Under the pieces are notes generated by a model. The model saw only the letters and a program-made list of their open reading frames with translations. It did not search any database and was not told where the DNA came from. Below are positions 1-13,500 of a stretch of DNA of 64,000 bases, piece after piece. Where the stretch lies: NCBI GenBank assembly GCA_030390025.1, contig CM059449.1, positions 35,588,001-35,652,000 of the forward strand. Direction: 5' to 3'. Position 1 is the first letter of the stretch; every line of letters starts with the position of its first letter. This stretch comes from Squalus acanthias (Eukaryota). A program made the translations under genes and the position numbers.

Positions 1-54
1 TTATGACAAGCAATCCCGCCCGGCACTGAGAAGAAATTGACCCCTTTATAATCA

Positions 55-222
55 ACCGCAAAATACTGCAGATGCTGGAAATCTGAAATAAAAACAGAAA
101 ATGCTGGAAAAACTCAGCAGGTCAGGCAGCATCTGTGGAGAGAGAAGTAGAGTTAACGGTTCAGGTCTAACGGAAGGTTATCGAGCTGCCGATTATTTCC
201 AGTTTTTTCTGTTTCTATTTCA
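55..222. repeat. Short inverted remnant of a Penelope pseudo-LTR
   Basis: AAATACTGCAGATGCTGGAAATCTGAAATAAAAACAGAAAATGCTGGAAAAACTCAGCAGG closely matches the terminus of the Penelope element at 3857-3960. It is followed by a partial reverse complement (TTTCCAGTTTTTTTCTGTTTCTATTTCAG). Confidence 0.7.
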
Positions 223-942
223 GTAATTCCCATATAATTGTTTGTCAGCCCCGACTGTTCTTCAGCAATGATTATAGTTCCAGCTGTAATAGTTCGATTT
301 TAGTCAAATTGACCGTTTGAATAAAAACTAATGAAACGGGTGTCCTGACCCAATGTCCGGGCGTTTTGCAATTTTCCTTCATCGAATTTAATGTAAAACT
401 ACGCCAGCAGCCGCAGTAAACTTCACATTCTTCATAAGGAGGTGTATATTTCATTCAGTCTCACAGGAAATATTAAAGATCAAATGATGTACTTACGACA
501 TGACCAAGTGTTTTAATTCTCTATTTGACCAATCTCGTCTAATTCTATTTCCCTGCTTGAGTCCATCCCCGTCAAATCTTCCCTTTCAAACAAGGCAATT
601 TCAAATGAATGATGTATTGTGATTTATTTAAATGTATTGTTCAATACAATACAATTTACAAAAGTGAACGAAGCACGCATTTTACAACATGACCTATCAT
701 TTAATGCTGCTTCTGATTTTAAAGCAGTGAGTTTGATTATGGACATAAGAATAAATACACCCATTGCAATCTCATCGATCTTTCTTTTCGTCTTTGTAAA
801 TGAACACAGATTTGAATAGCCAGATTATAGTTTACTGGTCCAGTTTGAGGACCGATACACCGAAATACCCATAATCTGAAGATTCTCTCTCTTGCAGTGC
901 AGTCACGTCTTGTAAGTTGTAAGTTCCTGCCCGGTATAAATA

Positions 943-2860
943 AATACAACAATTTGCATTTGTACCGCGCCTCCAACGTAGGGAAACGTCACAAGGCGCT
1001 TCACAGGAGTGTAATCAAGCTAAAATTGACACTGTGTCAAAGAACGGGATATTAGGGCGGGTGACTAAAAGCTTGATCAAAGAGGTAGGTTTTAAGGTGT
1101 GTCTTAGAGGACGAGAGAGACGTGGAGAGATTTATGGAGATATTTCCAGCGCTTAGGGCCTCGATGTCTTAGGGCACAGTCACCAAGGGTGGAGCCGATG
1201 AAGCGGGGGACTCGCAAGAGGACAGAGTTGGAGGGAGAGAGTAAGGCTTTTACTTGGGACAAGAGCATTAAAGTTAATGATCAGGGTGTGACTGATCAGA
1301 TCGGTAGCTGCAGAAGCATCGCGATCAATGGAGGGTCAAAGGTTAGCCAGTTGTTAGTTTGAAAGTGCGGATGTAAGTGATTTGAGGGACAGTTTATTCC
1401 AGTGATGAACACAGAAGGAAGTGGGCTTGGAAGGGGAAGGAGGATGTGAGTGGTGAGGGATACAATGAAGTGATCAGAGATGGTCTTCACTGTGATTGAG
1501 ATGATAGGAATAGAGAGGCCTCGTCATGTGGAAAGTTCGAGGGGGTGGCCTTGAATATGCGCAGGAGAGTTTAAATGGAGGCAGTGGTTAAGGGAGGACA
1601 GGAGTGCAGTGAACACAAGGGAGAGAGGCAAGGTGAGTTGAGATGGGGGTTCAAATCACCAAGGGTGAGAAGTCGCTCGATGCCAATGCTGAGGGAGGGA
1701 AGTAGTGAGGATATCGAAATGTGATCTTGGGCTTGTGTGGGCGATAGAGAAGGATTTAAAAAGAGAGGCGATAGGGCTGGAACAAGCTTAGCTGCTGAAA
1801 GGGGGAGATGGTGCCAGAGGAGTATGGGGACGGATCAAGTTGAGAGTTAGTGAGAAGGACCACACCACCCACAGCGGTTTGGGCGAGACAGGTGTTGGAA
1901 GGTACAGCCAGGCTGGAAAGCTTTAGTAAGGGGGAAGATGTCATCAACTATGAGCCAAGTTTCCATCAAGGTCATGATATCAATGTAATCATCCTCAGTA
2001 AGGTCAAAGATATCATGGGCTTTATTTTCAAGTGAATCAACATTCTGCAGGGAGATGTGGAGGGGGGCGGTGATAGTTGATCCACTGGCAGAGTTCACAG
2101 GGTCAGCGCTGCGAGGAGTGAGTGGAACGGGAAGGAGTTTGGGAAGATTAACCAGCAGCCAACATGTTGTGAGAGGATCGAAGAGAGGTGAGGACGGGGG
2201 AGTTGGGGTTGTGCTCATGACACAGAACCGAATGCCTCGATGGGCTCTTCAGAGAATGTAGAGAGAGGCAAATTGGGAGGTTTTCGGCTTATCCAAGAGG
2301 GTGTCAAGCCTGGGGGGCAGCAGGAGTGAACGAAGTTCCAGGAATAAGGAAGGATGGGAGCAGTGATTAGCCGGGGCATGGACAAAGTACCCGAAAGAGG
2401 AGAAATGAAAGGACACATGACTAGGTACCAAGAAAGAGAGGAGACAGGAGAGAAGATTCCGAGAGATAGAGAGAAGAGAAAGAAAAACGGGAGATAGAAA
2501 TGATGGGTTCTGGCCCGGAGCAGCAACCAAAATACACTGGCAAATGGACACCAGTAAACTCAGGTTACACAGGCCTGGCAAAGGTTAGGATAGAAATGTC
2601 GTGATTGTCAATGGAGAATATTGAGGAGACAATAAGAGTGAGTCCAAAGTTAAAGTCAGAGGTCCCGTGGTGGGATGAAGTTGACTTGTTGATAGGGTGG
2701 AGTCAGCAAGGAGGACCGACGGACTCATGTCCAAGTTCGCAGACAGGTGTGGAGGGCGAGTGAGCGTGTTTAATGGGCAGAGTATTAGTGGGCGCACTGC
2801 TAGAGGTGTTGCTGTGGAAAATGGAACCACTGGCCAGCAGCGTTGGAGGACTCCCTGTCA
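943..2860 (-). mobile_element. Degenerate, internally deleted L2-clade LINE (AP-endonuclease region plus 3' tail)
   Basis: Minus-strand frames give APE motifs (LHISLQNVDSLENKAH...IMTLMETWL; LLTLGDLNPHL). An L2-type 3' tail lies near 943-1010. Boundaries approximate. Confidence 0.65.
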
Positions 2861-3854
2861 GGACAGGATGTACCTTATACTGCAGGTCAAAAAATCACTT
2901 TTTAAAGCAAATATTTTGTTCTGCTTCTCCCAAATAGATTAAACTGACTCCGGCAGATTTAGGCATCCATGACCTTCTATTCATGCCTGTTCTTTTTATG
3001 TATAAAATTCCATCACAATCGAATGTCATTGCTTTCTTCTTCTGTAGAACAGACATTATGTGTAATATTCACAGTTTCCACAATGGGACTCAGTTTTACC
3101 TAAATATTCGGAAGTGATCTATCTCTGTTGTTAGTCAATAGTCATTTAATTTAATTAATGGCACTTTTCAATGTTTTTATTCTTCTCCTATGTTTTACTA
3201 AATGCTTTTGGTCTCAGAGTTACCAGTATTCGTGGATTGTTGTCTGAAAGTACAGAGATATTACTGGCATGTTTTACAACATAAGAGAAAGTTATTCCAT
3301 TCCAAATGATCAAAAAGAGTACAAGCATATTTACTTGTAATTTGCAACTACAATTAAGTAATACAATAATATTAAACAAATCCAAAAGACAATCTCATTA
3401 GGCTATGTAAAATATGATATAAAATATAATTATGCATCACAACATCCCCCTCAATCCATACACATGTCAGTAAAATGGCAGGTGCAGTCCTGCAGGTGTA
3501 GTCTGTGGATGGCCTTTGTTAGGATGCAGCTCACCAGATGAGAAGGCCACATGCGACACAGCCACCAGTATTTGGAATGAGTATCCAGCCACCTCGAGCA
3601 CAACAGGCTTTTAAAAAGAAGAATTCGTTTCTACCAAAGGAGAAGAGCACTTACAGGCACCAAGGGCAAGATCAGGTTGTTTCTTCACTATTGTGCTCAG
3701 AGATTAATGTTTTGATTTTTCACTGGAAATTAAATTTGGGTGTTGTATAAAACAGGCGCATTATGCCCGGCGGTAAACGTGACAAATCACGTCTAAATAT
3801 TTGAAGATTTCCAATAATCTGATGTTTCAGGCAGTGTTACTAATTAATACAATA

Positions 3855-6060
3855 GCAAAATACTGCGGATGCTGGAAAACTGAAATAACAACAGAAAGCG
3901 CTGGAAAAACTCAGCAGGCCAGGCAACAGCCGTGAAGAGAGAAACAGAGTTAACGTTTCAGGTCGAAGACCCTTCGTCAGAACTAAGAAAAAAGCCGGAC
4001 ATGAAACAGATGAAGTTGGAGGCTGGGGGAAGGAGTAAAAGAACAAAAGGGGAGGTCTGTGAGGAGTAGAGCCATTAAGAGATGCTCAAGGCGAGACGAG
4101 ATGGTAATAGGACAGGTTAAGAAACAAAAGATGGCTCACAAGTGTGAAATGCGCTGGCAGAATGAAAGACAGCTGCCATGGGGGAGAGAGAAAAAAAAAG
4201 AGAAAAGGCACAAACCAAATGTCAGGATAAAAATATCTATATATGGTAGGGGCCGAGGATATGATCTGAAATTGTTTAACTCGATATTGAGTCCGGCAGG
4301 CTAAAAATGCCTAATCGGAAGATGAGGTGCTGTTGCTCGAGCTTACGCTGAGGTTCCGTGGAACAAGGCAAGAGGGCGAGGATGGTGAGGTCTGAGTGGG
4401 CGTGGAGCGGTGAATTAAAATGACAAGCGTCCGGAAGCTCGAGGTCACCCTTACGGACTGAATGGAGGTGTTCCACAAAGCGGTCACCCAATCTGCGTTT
4501 GGTCTCCCCAATGAAGAGGAGACCACATCGTGAGCAGCGAATACAGTATACTAGATTGCAAGAAGTACAAGTAAATCGCTGTTTCACCTGGAAGGGGTGT
4601 TTGGGGCCCTGGAGAGTGGGAAGGGGGGAAGTATAAGGGCAGGTGGTGCATCTCCTGCGCTAGCACGGGGAGGTGCTGGGCGAGGGGGAGGGGGTGCTGG
4701 GGTGATAGAGGATTGGACTAGGGTGTCTCGGAGGGAGCGTTCCCTATGGAATGCTGAAAGGGGAGGTGAGGGGAAGATACATTTGGTGGTGAGATCACGT
4801 TGGAGGTGGCGGAAATGGCACAGGATGAACCGTTCAATGTGGAGGCTGGTGGGGTGAAAGGTAAGGACAAGGGGAACTCTATCATGGGTCCGGGAGGGAG
4901 GAGCCGGGTTGAGGGCAGAAGTGCGGGAGATAGTATGGACACGGTCGAGGGCCGTGGCAACCACGGTAGAGGGGAATCCTCGGTTGAGGAAAAAGGAAGA
5001 CATGTCAGAAGCACTGGTATAGAAGGTGTCATCGTCGGAGCAGATGCGGCGGAGACGGAGAAACTTGGAGAAGGGAATAGAGTCCTTACAGGAGGCGGGG
5101 TGGGAGGAAGTGTAGTCCAGGTAGCAGTGGGAGTCAGTGGGCTTGTAGTGAATGTTGGTCAATAACCTATCCCCAGAGATGGAGACGGAGCAGTCGAGGA
5201 AGGGAAGGGAAGAGTCGGAGATTGACCATGTGAAGGTGAGGGAAGGGTGGAAATTGGAGGCAAAGTGAATGAAATTTTCTAGTTCAGGGCGAGAGCAGTA
5301 AACGGCATCGATACAGTCATTAATGTACCGGAAAAAGAGTTGAGGGAAGGGACTCGAGTAGGACTGGAACAAACAGTGTTCCGCATATCCCACGAAAAGG
5401 CAAGCATAGCTAGGACCCATGCGGGTACCCATAGCAACACCTTTGATTTGGAGGAAATGAGTGGAGTCAAAGGAGCAGTTGTTCCATGTGAGAACAAGTT
5501 CAGCCAGGTGGAGGAGGGTGCTGGTGGATGGGGACTAGTTGGTCCTCTGTTCAAGGAAGAAGCGGAGCACCCTCAGGCCGTCCTGGTGGGAGTTGGCGGT
5601 GTAGAGGGATTGTATGTCCACAGTGAAAAGGAGACAGTTGGGGCCAGGAAACTGGATACTCTTAAAGTGGCGGAGGGCGTCAGAGGAGTCGCGGATGTAG
5701 GTGGGAAGAAACTGGAAAAGGGGAGAAAAAATGGAGTCGAGATAGGAAGAGATAAGTTCCGCGGGGCAAGAACAGGCTGAAACGATGGGTCTACCAGGGC
5801 AGTCCTGTTTGTGGATCGTGGGAAGGATGTAGAAGCGGGCTGTGCGTGGTTGGTGCGTAGTGCGGTCATGGTCCAGGTGGAGGTAGGAGGAGGGGTCGGA
5901 GAGTCGGCGTTCAACTTCCGCTAGGTTGAGGTCGGTTCGCCAAACAACAACAGCACCACCCTTGTCAGCAGGTTTAATGACAATGTCGGGTTTGGATCTG
6001 AGAGAATGGAGTGCTGCAAGTTCAGGGGGGGGGTAGGCTGGAGTGAGTGAGGGTAGCAGA
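3855..6060 (-). mobile_element. Penelope-like retroelement (RT plus GIY-YIG endonuclease), frameshifted and 5'-truncated
   Basis: ORFs 5535-6140 (IKPADKGGAVVVW, PGRPIVS, VDIQSLYT), 4584-5432 (MGTRMGPSYA, FFRYINDC, LPFLD, YKPTDSH) and 4276-4587 (LVYCIRCSRCGLLFIGETKRRLGDRFVEH = GIY-YIG). The pseudo-LTR with a hammerhead is at 3855-3990. Confidence 0.92.
3948..3984 (-). ncRNA. Minimal type I hammerhead ribozyme in Penelope pLTR
   Basis: Minus strand reads AGTT-CTGACGA-AGGGTCTTCGACCT-GAAA-CG-TT-AACT. This gives a CUGANGA/GAAA core, a stem II hairpin, a palindromic ACGU stem III, a UH site and a 4-bp stem I (AGUU/AACU). Confidence 0.8.
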
Positions 6061-6277
6061 GAAATGGAGACGGCCGATGTCACGGCGGCAGTTACTATTA
6101 GTGTTACTAATTGCTTCTGTACATGTGTACAGCTTGGCAAATGGGACCTGTGTTTGCACAGTGTAGAGAATGCAGGGAAGGGTCACTTGGATAGAGGAAC
6201 AGTGTCCAATAGCTGTCAGTGTCTCAGTGGTATCTCCGATGCACTTTGAGCGAAGGTATTGCTTATTAGCTTGTTAA

Positions 6278-6867
6278 TTGGCCCAGAATTTACAGTCAGC
6301 GGCGAATGAAAGGCGTTCAGCTCCGCCACCGAAGAAAGCTGCCCACAAAGATATCGCTATCTCTGCGGCGAAAAGTTTGGCTTTTTCATCGTGCAATTGA
6401 GATCAGTTTAGTGTAGTGGGAATCCCAGAGTGAGAGCTGCTGTGACGGCAATAAACTGTTTAAGCAGCCAATCACAATGGAGAATTCTCACAGACAGGGA
6501 ACCAGGAAGTTAACAAGTTGCTTTTATTCTGATTTTTAAAAATGTTATAGAGAGCAAAACTAAGATTGGGGCACTCTCCTGGGGCAAAGGTAAATCTGAA
6601 ATAAATATGAACAAACTGACATTAAAAAAGTACTTTTAAAAATTTTCATAAAATTGTAATTTCTGCATTGTGATTGGCTGCTTAGACAACTTGTTGACGT
6701 CACAGCAGAGCCCACAATGAATTCCCCACTACACTGCACTGATCTCAACTGAACCTCGAAGATGCCAAACTTCCCACCATAAAAATCGGGAGATCTTTGT
6801 GGGCAGCTTTCTCCTGGGCCAGCGCTGAATGCCTTTGATTCGCCGCTGACCGCAAATTCCGGGCAGT
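6278..6867. mobile_element. MITE-like non-autonomous DNA transposon with long TIRs
   Basis: GCCCAGAATTTACAGTCAGCGGCGAATGAAAGGCGTTCAGC...AGAAAGCTGCCCACAAAGAT at the left is mirrored at the right by ATCTTTGTGGGCAGCTTTCT...GCTGAATGCCTTTGATTCGCCGCTGACCGCAAATTCCGGGC. Confidence 0.8.
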
Positions 6868-9521
6868 TATGTTCCAGACTGGGGAGGAGGCGTTGACATC
6901 CGGCTTTTGTTGATCTGCTAAAGGAAATCTTCTGCTTCTTCTTGTAAATAAATTTACGTTCTCAATGGCGAATTTCAACTAGGCCTCATCCACATCTAGA
7001 AAACCGAAGTGAAACAGAACCGACACACACTCAGCTCAGGGCAGCCCAGTTTCCCAGAATGGTCCTAAAACTGGCGTTGGACCCTCATTAGCATATGCAA
7101 GGGGCGAAAGCCTGTTTTAGCAGACAAGAGGCTTGAGAAACAGCGGATCCAATTTCAGGAATGACATCCTTGGGGCGCAGGCCGTAAGTCCCTGAGACTG
7201 GGCCATGTTGCACCTGTGTTTTGTCCATTAAATGCGCGCCACAAGATCCAATTGCTACACCTGGATCTATTTCTCGGCTGTAACTACTGCCAACTGGATG
7301 TAAAACATCACAAATGTCGCCGATGAAGACATGGAATGATTCTGAGCCATTATATATACTTGCTATCATGACTGTCACTGCTGCAGGAACTGTGGGGAGA
7401 GTTCAGAAGGTCAGGCGGAGGTTCTCAGGGAAGAGACACCAACCCACTTGGATTGTCTGTTTAGGGAAGTGAAGGCTCTAAACTCATTGTCCCGGGTCAG
7501 AGTCTGAAAGGGGCAACTTGTTCGGTATCTTCTGGTGTCTGGCCACCGACAGCTGAAAATAGATGTCTTCAGAGCAGCCGCACCCACCCTCTATTCCCTA
7601 TTGCTCCTGGTCTTCACCCCATTGCCACCAAGTACAGGGAGATGCTCGCGGAGAATGCAATATCTAGCCAGAAACACCAGTGGGAGCTGAGATTCAAAAC
7701 AATTGTCTCCATTAAACTCACGATCGAAACCAAGCTTCCAAAGTAGCTCAGAATTATTTTACACACAGTTGCAGGGCTACCAATAGTAGGCTGTTAAAAT
7801 CAAGGCCTGTAACTGCACATAGTCACCTGCGGCGTTCCCTGGGAGCAGGGACACATCTTTTATGGGTATCTCCAATATCAGGCACTAATTCCTGCATAAC
7901 GGCGGAAAAATGACCTCTGTGATTTACAGGCCGGGGCCTTTTTGAATTACACCAGCTGCTAAGGGGCGCAGTTTGTTGGATTTGGCTCCCTGGAATGTCG
8001 CCTGGTTTCGACACCAGCAGCCGCTGCAAGTAGGTCCTGTGAAGGGTTTGAGGAGGCGAGGCCGAGGAGGGCCATTGCAGGCCGGCAGTACATTTCTTAC
8101 ACCCAGAGGAGCGCACTTTCTCCACATTGTCAAACATACCTTTCCGGGACCACGTCCGCTCCAACCCAGGTAGAACTGGTGGAAGGTGCCCGTCCAACTC
8201 TCGGACGAGTTCTCTCCAAAAATGGCAGTCGTGTCTGATGTACATCAATGTTCATTCTAAATAAGCCTACCACCTGACTCAGTGGACCACTCTGACCGTC
8301 CATCGTTGGCCAGGGCAACATTGCTGCGGCAACAGTGACTGCGGTAATCAGCCGGTGTGTCATTCCCCATCATTTTAGGGGCACTTACCGTCTTATTTCA
8401 GCTGGATGGTAGGCCTGAATACTGAACCCTATGCAGTCTGGCATCCCTCAAGAAGCAAATGGCCATCAATTGCCTATCAAATCAATATTGCTCCATGTTT
8501 GTACATTTTTCAACAGAACCGAATACCATTACCTCCTTTGGCAATCTATCCCATATGTTCACCCCCACTGTTAAATATGTAAATCTAAAATTTCAGTGCA
8601 ACTTTCCTCTTCAATCCGGTGCTAAAGTCAATGGAACGGAAAACTGGGGGATAGGGGGGCAGATGTACAATGGGCGGCTGATTTGCTACCGCCCGTTTTA
8701 AGCCACCGTTGATATAGACAGTACATATGGGAGCAGAAATTCATCTCAGGCAGAGCGCTAAACGGGCGAGATGATATCGGCCCGCTGTTATAGGCCCCGC
8801 TTGATAGTTATATTGAAGGGAGGGTTACACTCAGACATATCCGTTTCTAAACAGTCCGTGTTCATGATAAAGATCATGTTTCATTTGGCACGAATATTAT
8901 GAACATTACCTCTAAATGATGTTCCATTAAAATCAGCTGTCATTGAAATACTGGAATTTGCTGCTTGATATCAATGATGGAGTAAGTGGTGTCAGACCCA
9001 GTTCCGCCGGTGAGGCCTCTCAGCAGCCGGGCAATCTCCTGTCATCACAGTTCACCGACAGTAAATGCCGTCTGTTGGCCTGCGGGACTCTTTCCATCAG
9101 TTGGATGCGGAACCCCGCGGGTTGAGCAGGGTCTTGTCAAGTTTACTCCTATCTTATGTCACAGGCAGAATCATACTTTCCTGCCATGTTTAGGAATCAG
9201 AAAAGGGAGAAAGTGTAGGGCACAAACAGGGTAGAGAATTGAGGAAAAACTTACGGCTTAACTCAATGGCAGATTATTGAAGATGGTTGTGGGTATTGAA
9301 GTCCGCAATCTACTGAAGAACACTCAATGATGAATTCGTTATTAAGCAGCGTCAATAATTCATATTTTATTCATACTATTTGATACTGTCCGTTCACAAA
9401 AAGAATCAATATAAATATGAAGGAAGAATTTCATTGCTGCAGCTATAGGCGGTTTCTGCAAATGTAATCGTCAGGAAGATGGTTATCGGTATCAGAGATT
9501 AAAAAAAATACAACGGGAACA

Positions 9522-9655
9522 GGTGGAGTTGCAGTGGTTTAGACACTGGCCTGTCACCTCGGGGACCTGGGTTTAATCAGCCCGGTCTAATGGGGTGAAA
9601 TTCTCTGATGTGTGCTGGCTGCACGCGTTTTATGTGAAATGAGTCCATCAGGTTC
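9522..9655 (+). mobile_element. Old tRNA-derived SINE remnant, LF-SINE-like
   Basis: Degenerate A/B-box head, plus segments TCACCTC...AATCAGCCCGGTC...TATGTGAAATGAGT that resemble my recollection of the LF-SINE consensus. Not verified by alignment. Confidence 0.4.
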
Positions 9656-10304
9656 CTCATGGGGTTGGGAATACAGCAGAAATTTGACGCCAATTCATCG
9701 GCAATTCCACTCAAAGAGGTCACCTGATGGCTGGATTTGGAAATGGGAACCTGCTACACTGGTGCTGCCAGGATACCCTCCTGTTTGTGGGTCTTTGTGT
9801 ACCGCGGTGCTTTCCTCTGCACAAACCTTACCTGCGAGTGATTCGGGCTGACAATGGCTGCGTGAAATGAGAAGGGATCCAGTCCCGAGCACCAGTAGCC
9901 CTCACCTTGATCACCAAGATGAAGAAAACTTGAAGCACTAAAACACATGTCTTTTTTTCAATATGTGTTTAACATTATCATACAAGGGCGTGACCAAGAA
10001 ATGCAAATCTTGTATTTATTAAAAAATAAAATAGACATACCATCAAAGGAACTCGGTTGTTCAATGTTTAGTAAAGTGAAGCCCAGTTTAGGATTGCTCT
10101 GTTCATTGGTCTGATGTGTCGTCGATGCCGACGGCACCAGTAATTACTGCACCACAAACAACAACTGTGAATGCTCAAGTCCGTGAAGGATCTCCAATAG
10201 TTAATTTAGATCTTACAAAGACTATGTTGTAAAAATATCAACGTGGCATTCGAACTGTTGTCATTGTGATGGTTGCATTACCATTGGGATGGAAAGTATC
10301 CCCT

Positions 10305-10430
10305 AATCACTATTGTTCCAAGGGCAGGTACTTAATATGCTTATTCAAATAACTGGAGCTAATGTCCATTACTGTGTGATGTAATTATCTCAGCAGACCC
10401 CTCTCAGATATATATAAGGGCTTCATCTGA
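10305..10430 (+). promoter_or_regulatory. Proximal promoter of GPCR pseudogene A (TAATTA homeodomain site, O/E-like site, TATA)
   Basis: TAATTA 10382-10387, TCTCAGATA 10402-10410 and TATATAA 10411-10417, about 70 nt before the ATG. Alignable with the upstream region of paralog B. Confidence 0.6.
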
Positions 10431-10486
10431 AGATATCTCGTCTGTGGGTCGTTAACACCAACAAGCTACGCTGCTTCTCATCGAAA

Positions 10487-10556
10487 ATGGGACGTCCAAT
10501 ACTTGCACAGATAGAAGAAATTTACTACCCTATTCTCGCGCTGCTTGGTGCTCCTG
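10487..10556 (+). pseudogene. GPR139-like class A GPCR pseudogene A, exon 1 (MGRPILAQIEEIYYPILALLGAP)
   Basis: ATG at 10487, 70 nt, phase-1 donor CTG|GTAAGT. Same length and highly similar to the exon at 61732-61801. Confidence 0.9.
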
Positions 10557-13500
10557 GTAAGTCACTATTCTCAATTACTGGTTATCTTTGCCAGTGTTTA
10601 ACTGTCCTACTGCTCTTTCTTCCTATGTGATAATGGCATCTGATCATTCTGATCTATTCTCTGTATAGCTACTTTTAATGGTATCAGTTAGATGACAAAC
10701 GTGCTTTCAAGTTCCCACATATTGTTTTAAATGAATCAGATCAGAGAAAATACGACTTGCTCTGATCTTTCAAAATCAGCATTCCTACCGATTTTATTCC
10801 ATTGCAATTTTGTGCTGAATAGTCCTCTGGTTGGCAGGTTGAAGGGAGGCAAGACTGGCGCCCGCCCACTGCACTGCCAACACTAACCTGCTGAAGCTTC
10901 CTCCTGGAGTCCTCATTGGTGATACAATGTTTATTGTGTTAACGCAGCTCCTTACTGGCTCCCCGCTATTAGGAGCGAGCGACATTTAGTGTTGATGCAA
11001 TTTTTAAAAGGTTGAAGCTAATTAAAGAGGGATATCACTTTTGGAGCTGCAGGAAGCACAACTGCCCGAGTGCCTTGAAGGGGCCGGAGGCTCAGGGCTG
11101 GGGGTCAACAGCAGGAAGGCGCTCAGATTGTCAGATGTATCTGTGAAGCTGTTGCTACTTGAAGCCATTGCGAGAAGAGATTTGAAGGGTTTTCTCCTTC
11201 CACTGGCGGGTTTGCGGTGTGGTGGTCCGAACGCTACTAGGGACATTTTAACTTTGGGCGATACTGTAAAATGATTGATATCGGAGGGGCCACCCATTCT
11301 ACATCTCCCCCAATTCCCCTTTGCATTGACTTGGATTTTGTCTGCAGGAGGTTGTAGAAAAATTCCTTTGTGATGCTTCACTGCAAGAGAGTCCAAACTG
11401 GCCTGTTCTATCTCCTCCTCATAACATGGGAATACTGAGATTCCCATTGGGAAATGCATGTGCCCAGTCAATACTGTACATTCTGCAGAGCTGTCTAAAA
11501 GGAGCACAAAAACTCCAGACAGAACCTCCAGAGAACCAAACAGTTAAAATCAACAGGCAGGCAAAGTAACAGCAAACCTCAGCACTAGCAAACATAATGG
11601 CATGCTCAATGTGGAGTGGCCTCAGGGAACCAGTCTGCAGGTAATATCACCCTTATATAGTGCTGGTGACAAATGGGATCGCGTTTGGGGCAAATGTTGC
11701 GGACAATGGGAGTCCTGTTGACTTTGGGTTATAATGTAAAATGTGTGATATCGAATTTTCCGCTAATTATAGGTCCTCCCTATTTCCAATCCATCGACTT
11801 CAATGGAAATTGAATTTGGGCCTGGCCTATAATGGGCAGTGAATCACATATCGCTCATTTTACGCTGAGCCCCAAAGTTAAAGTTACCTCCCAATTCAAG
11901 AGTTTTTCATCCCCGCTTTCCCCTATTTAAAGATAATCAAATGCCTTACAGGAGGTAGTAGAGGCGGGGACCATCACTGCTCCATTTTACCGAGTTTTTA
12001 GCACAAACATGACCCTAATTCAGAATAAAATCCAGCCTCCTGGGGTTAGTTTATCTTTGGCCTCAGAGAAATGAAGCTCCGGGAGGAGTGTATAAAGGGC
12101 GGCCCATCCGATATCATTACTTTTACACGAGCGCCGAATGTCAAACCCGACCCCTTGTGTCCAGACCGAGTGTTAGAATCCCACCGGGAACAGATCATGC
12201 CGAGCTCGCAATTTTTATAATTTTCAGGTTGGATGAGAAACAACAATTTGCCTATGACTCCCCGGTACTAACCACTGTGGATCATTGCACTGCAGCAAAC
12301 TCGGAAGGTGTATATCTGTGGAATGTGCTCCCTGGGCAGCGCCGATGCAGCGCCAGCAATCCGTGTCCCATCACTAGTTCTTTTACCAATCGCCCCAGGT
12401 TGTTTTTAGATTTGGCAGCAACATTGCAAGTGAACTAACTGTTGTAAATTGATTAAAGCGTTTATACAGGTCATTCCTGAATTCCCACCTTTCTACTAAT
12501 TAGAATGTACTATATTTCATGGAGTACAAATCTGGTCTGGTACATTTCATGGATCCCGCTGCCGAGGTGTGGAGCGCTCTGACTCTCGGGCTTTGTGTAG
12601 ATGCCCTACAATCCAGTTTGAAATATTTTGATATCACTTTAGGCCAGAACAACGACTCACTCAGAAACTTAACTTATGGGCGTCAACACCAGGATAACAC
12701 CTTGCTGGATCTTTGAATATGTTTGCTTACAAGACAGGACTGAATATTACGTGGTGATTAATATTATTACACTATTACACATTACAATGCAAAATCACGA
12801 AGGTTATTTGCAAAAAAAGGAAAATAAAGATCTGTAAGTCCGATTTATAGTATCTTTGATGTAATCTGTAAACAAGACATCGAATCTGTACGGGTGGTGT
12901 TATGAAGTATGTGTGTTCACTGATTTGTATCTAAAGTTGTTGTGTGCAAATAAATGCCAAATGATTGACTTAAGTTTTAGAAGTTACCGATTTCCAAAAG
13001 TTATTGGGGCAGATTTTGTGTTGGCTATGACAGCGTACTCTGACAGTATGCCATCACACCGCCTTTAAAATATACCACAAGGTCAGTATTTCCGCATGCA
13101 CTTGCACTAAATCCAGAATTTGCCATCTGTCAAGGTGCGCAACATACGGCCCGATATATGTGTGTACATATTGTCGATCGAGTTTCATTTTAATTACTTG
13201 GAAAGTTGGATAAGAAACTTAAATAAAGCGAACACCTATCAGATTTCAGTAACGAATATGTCCTTTTCGCTCAAACATGAACAACATAACAAGCAATATA
13301 ATGCAATATTAACAAGAACATAAATTTAACTATTACCAGTCTAAATGAGGTCTGAATAATATATTTTAAGCCTGAAAGTTAACATTGAATATATGGCTGG
13401 TAATCTCTATCTGAAATTCAGCAACATTACTTGTACCAGTGATAGATTGTTACTGAGTATCACAGCAGGAAGTTGTATAAATATCGACTAAAAATTTTTG

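Noticed and set aside
11022-11507. 161-aa antisense ORF in the GPCR A intron (also 7823-8248)
   Set aside because: No recognisable domain; probably a decayed transposon interior or chance ORF.
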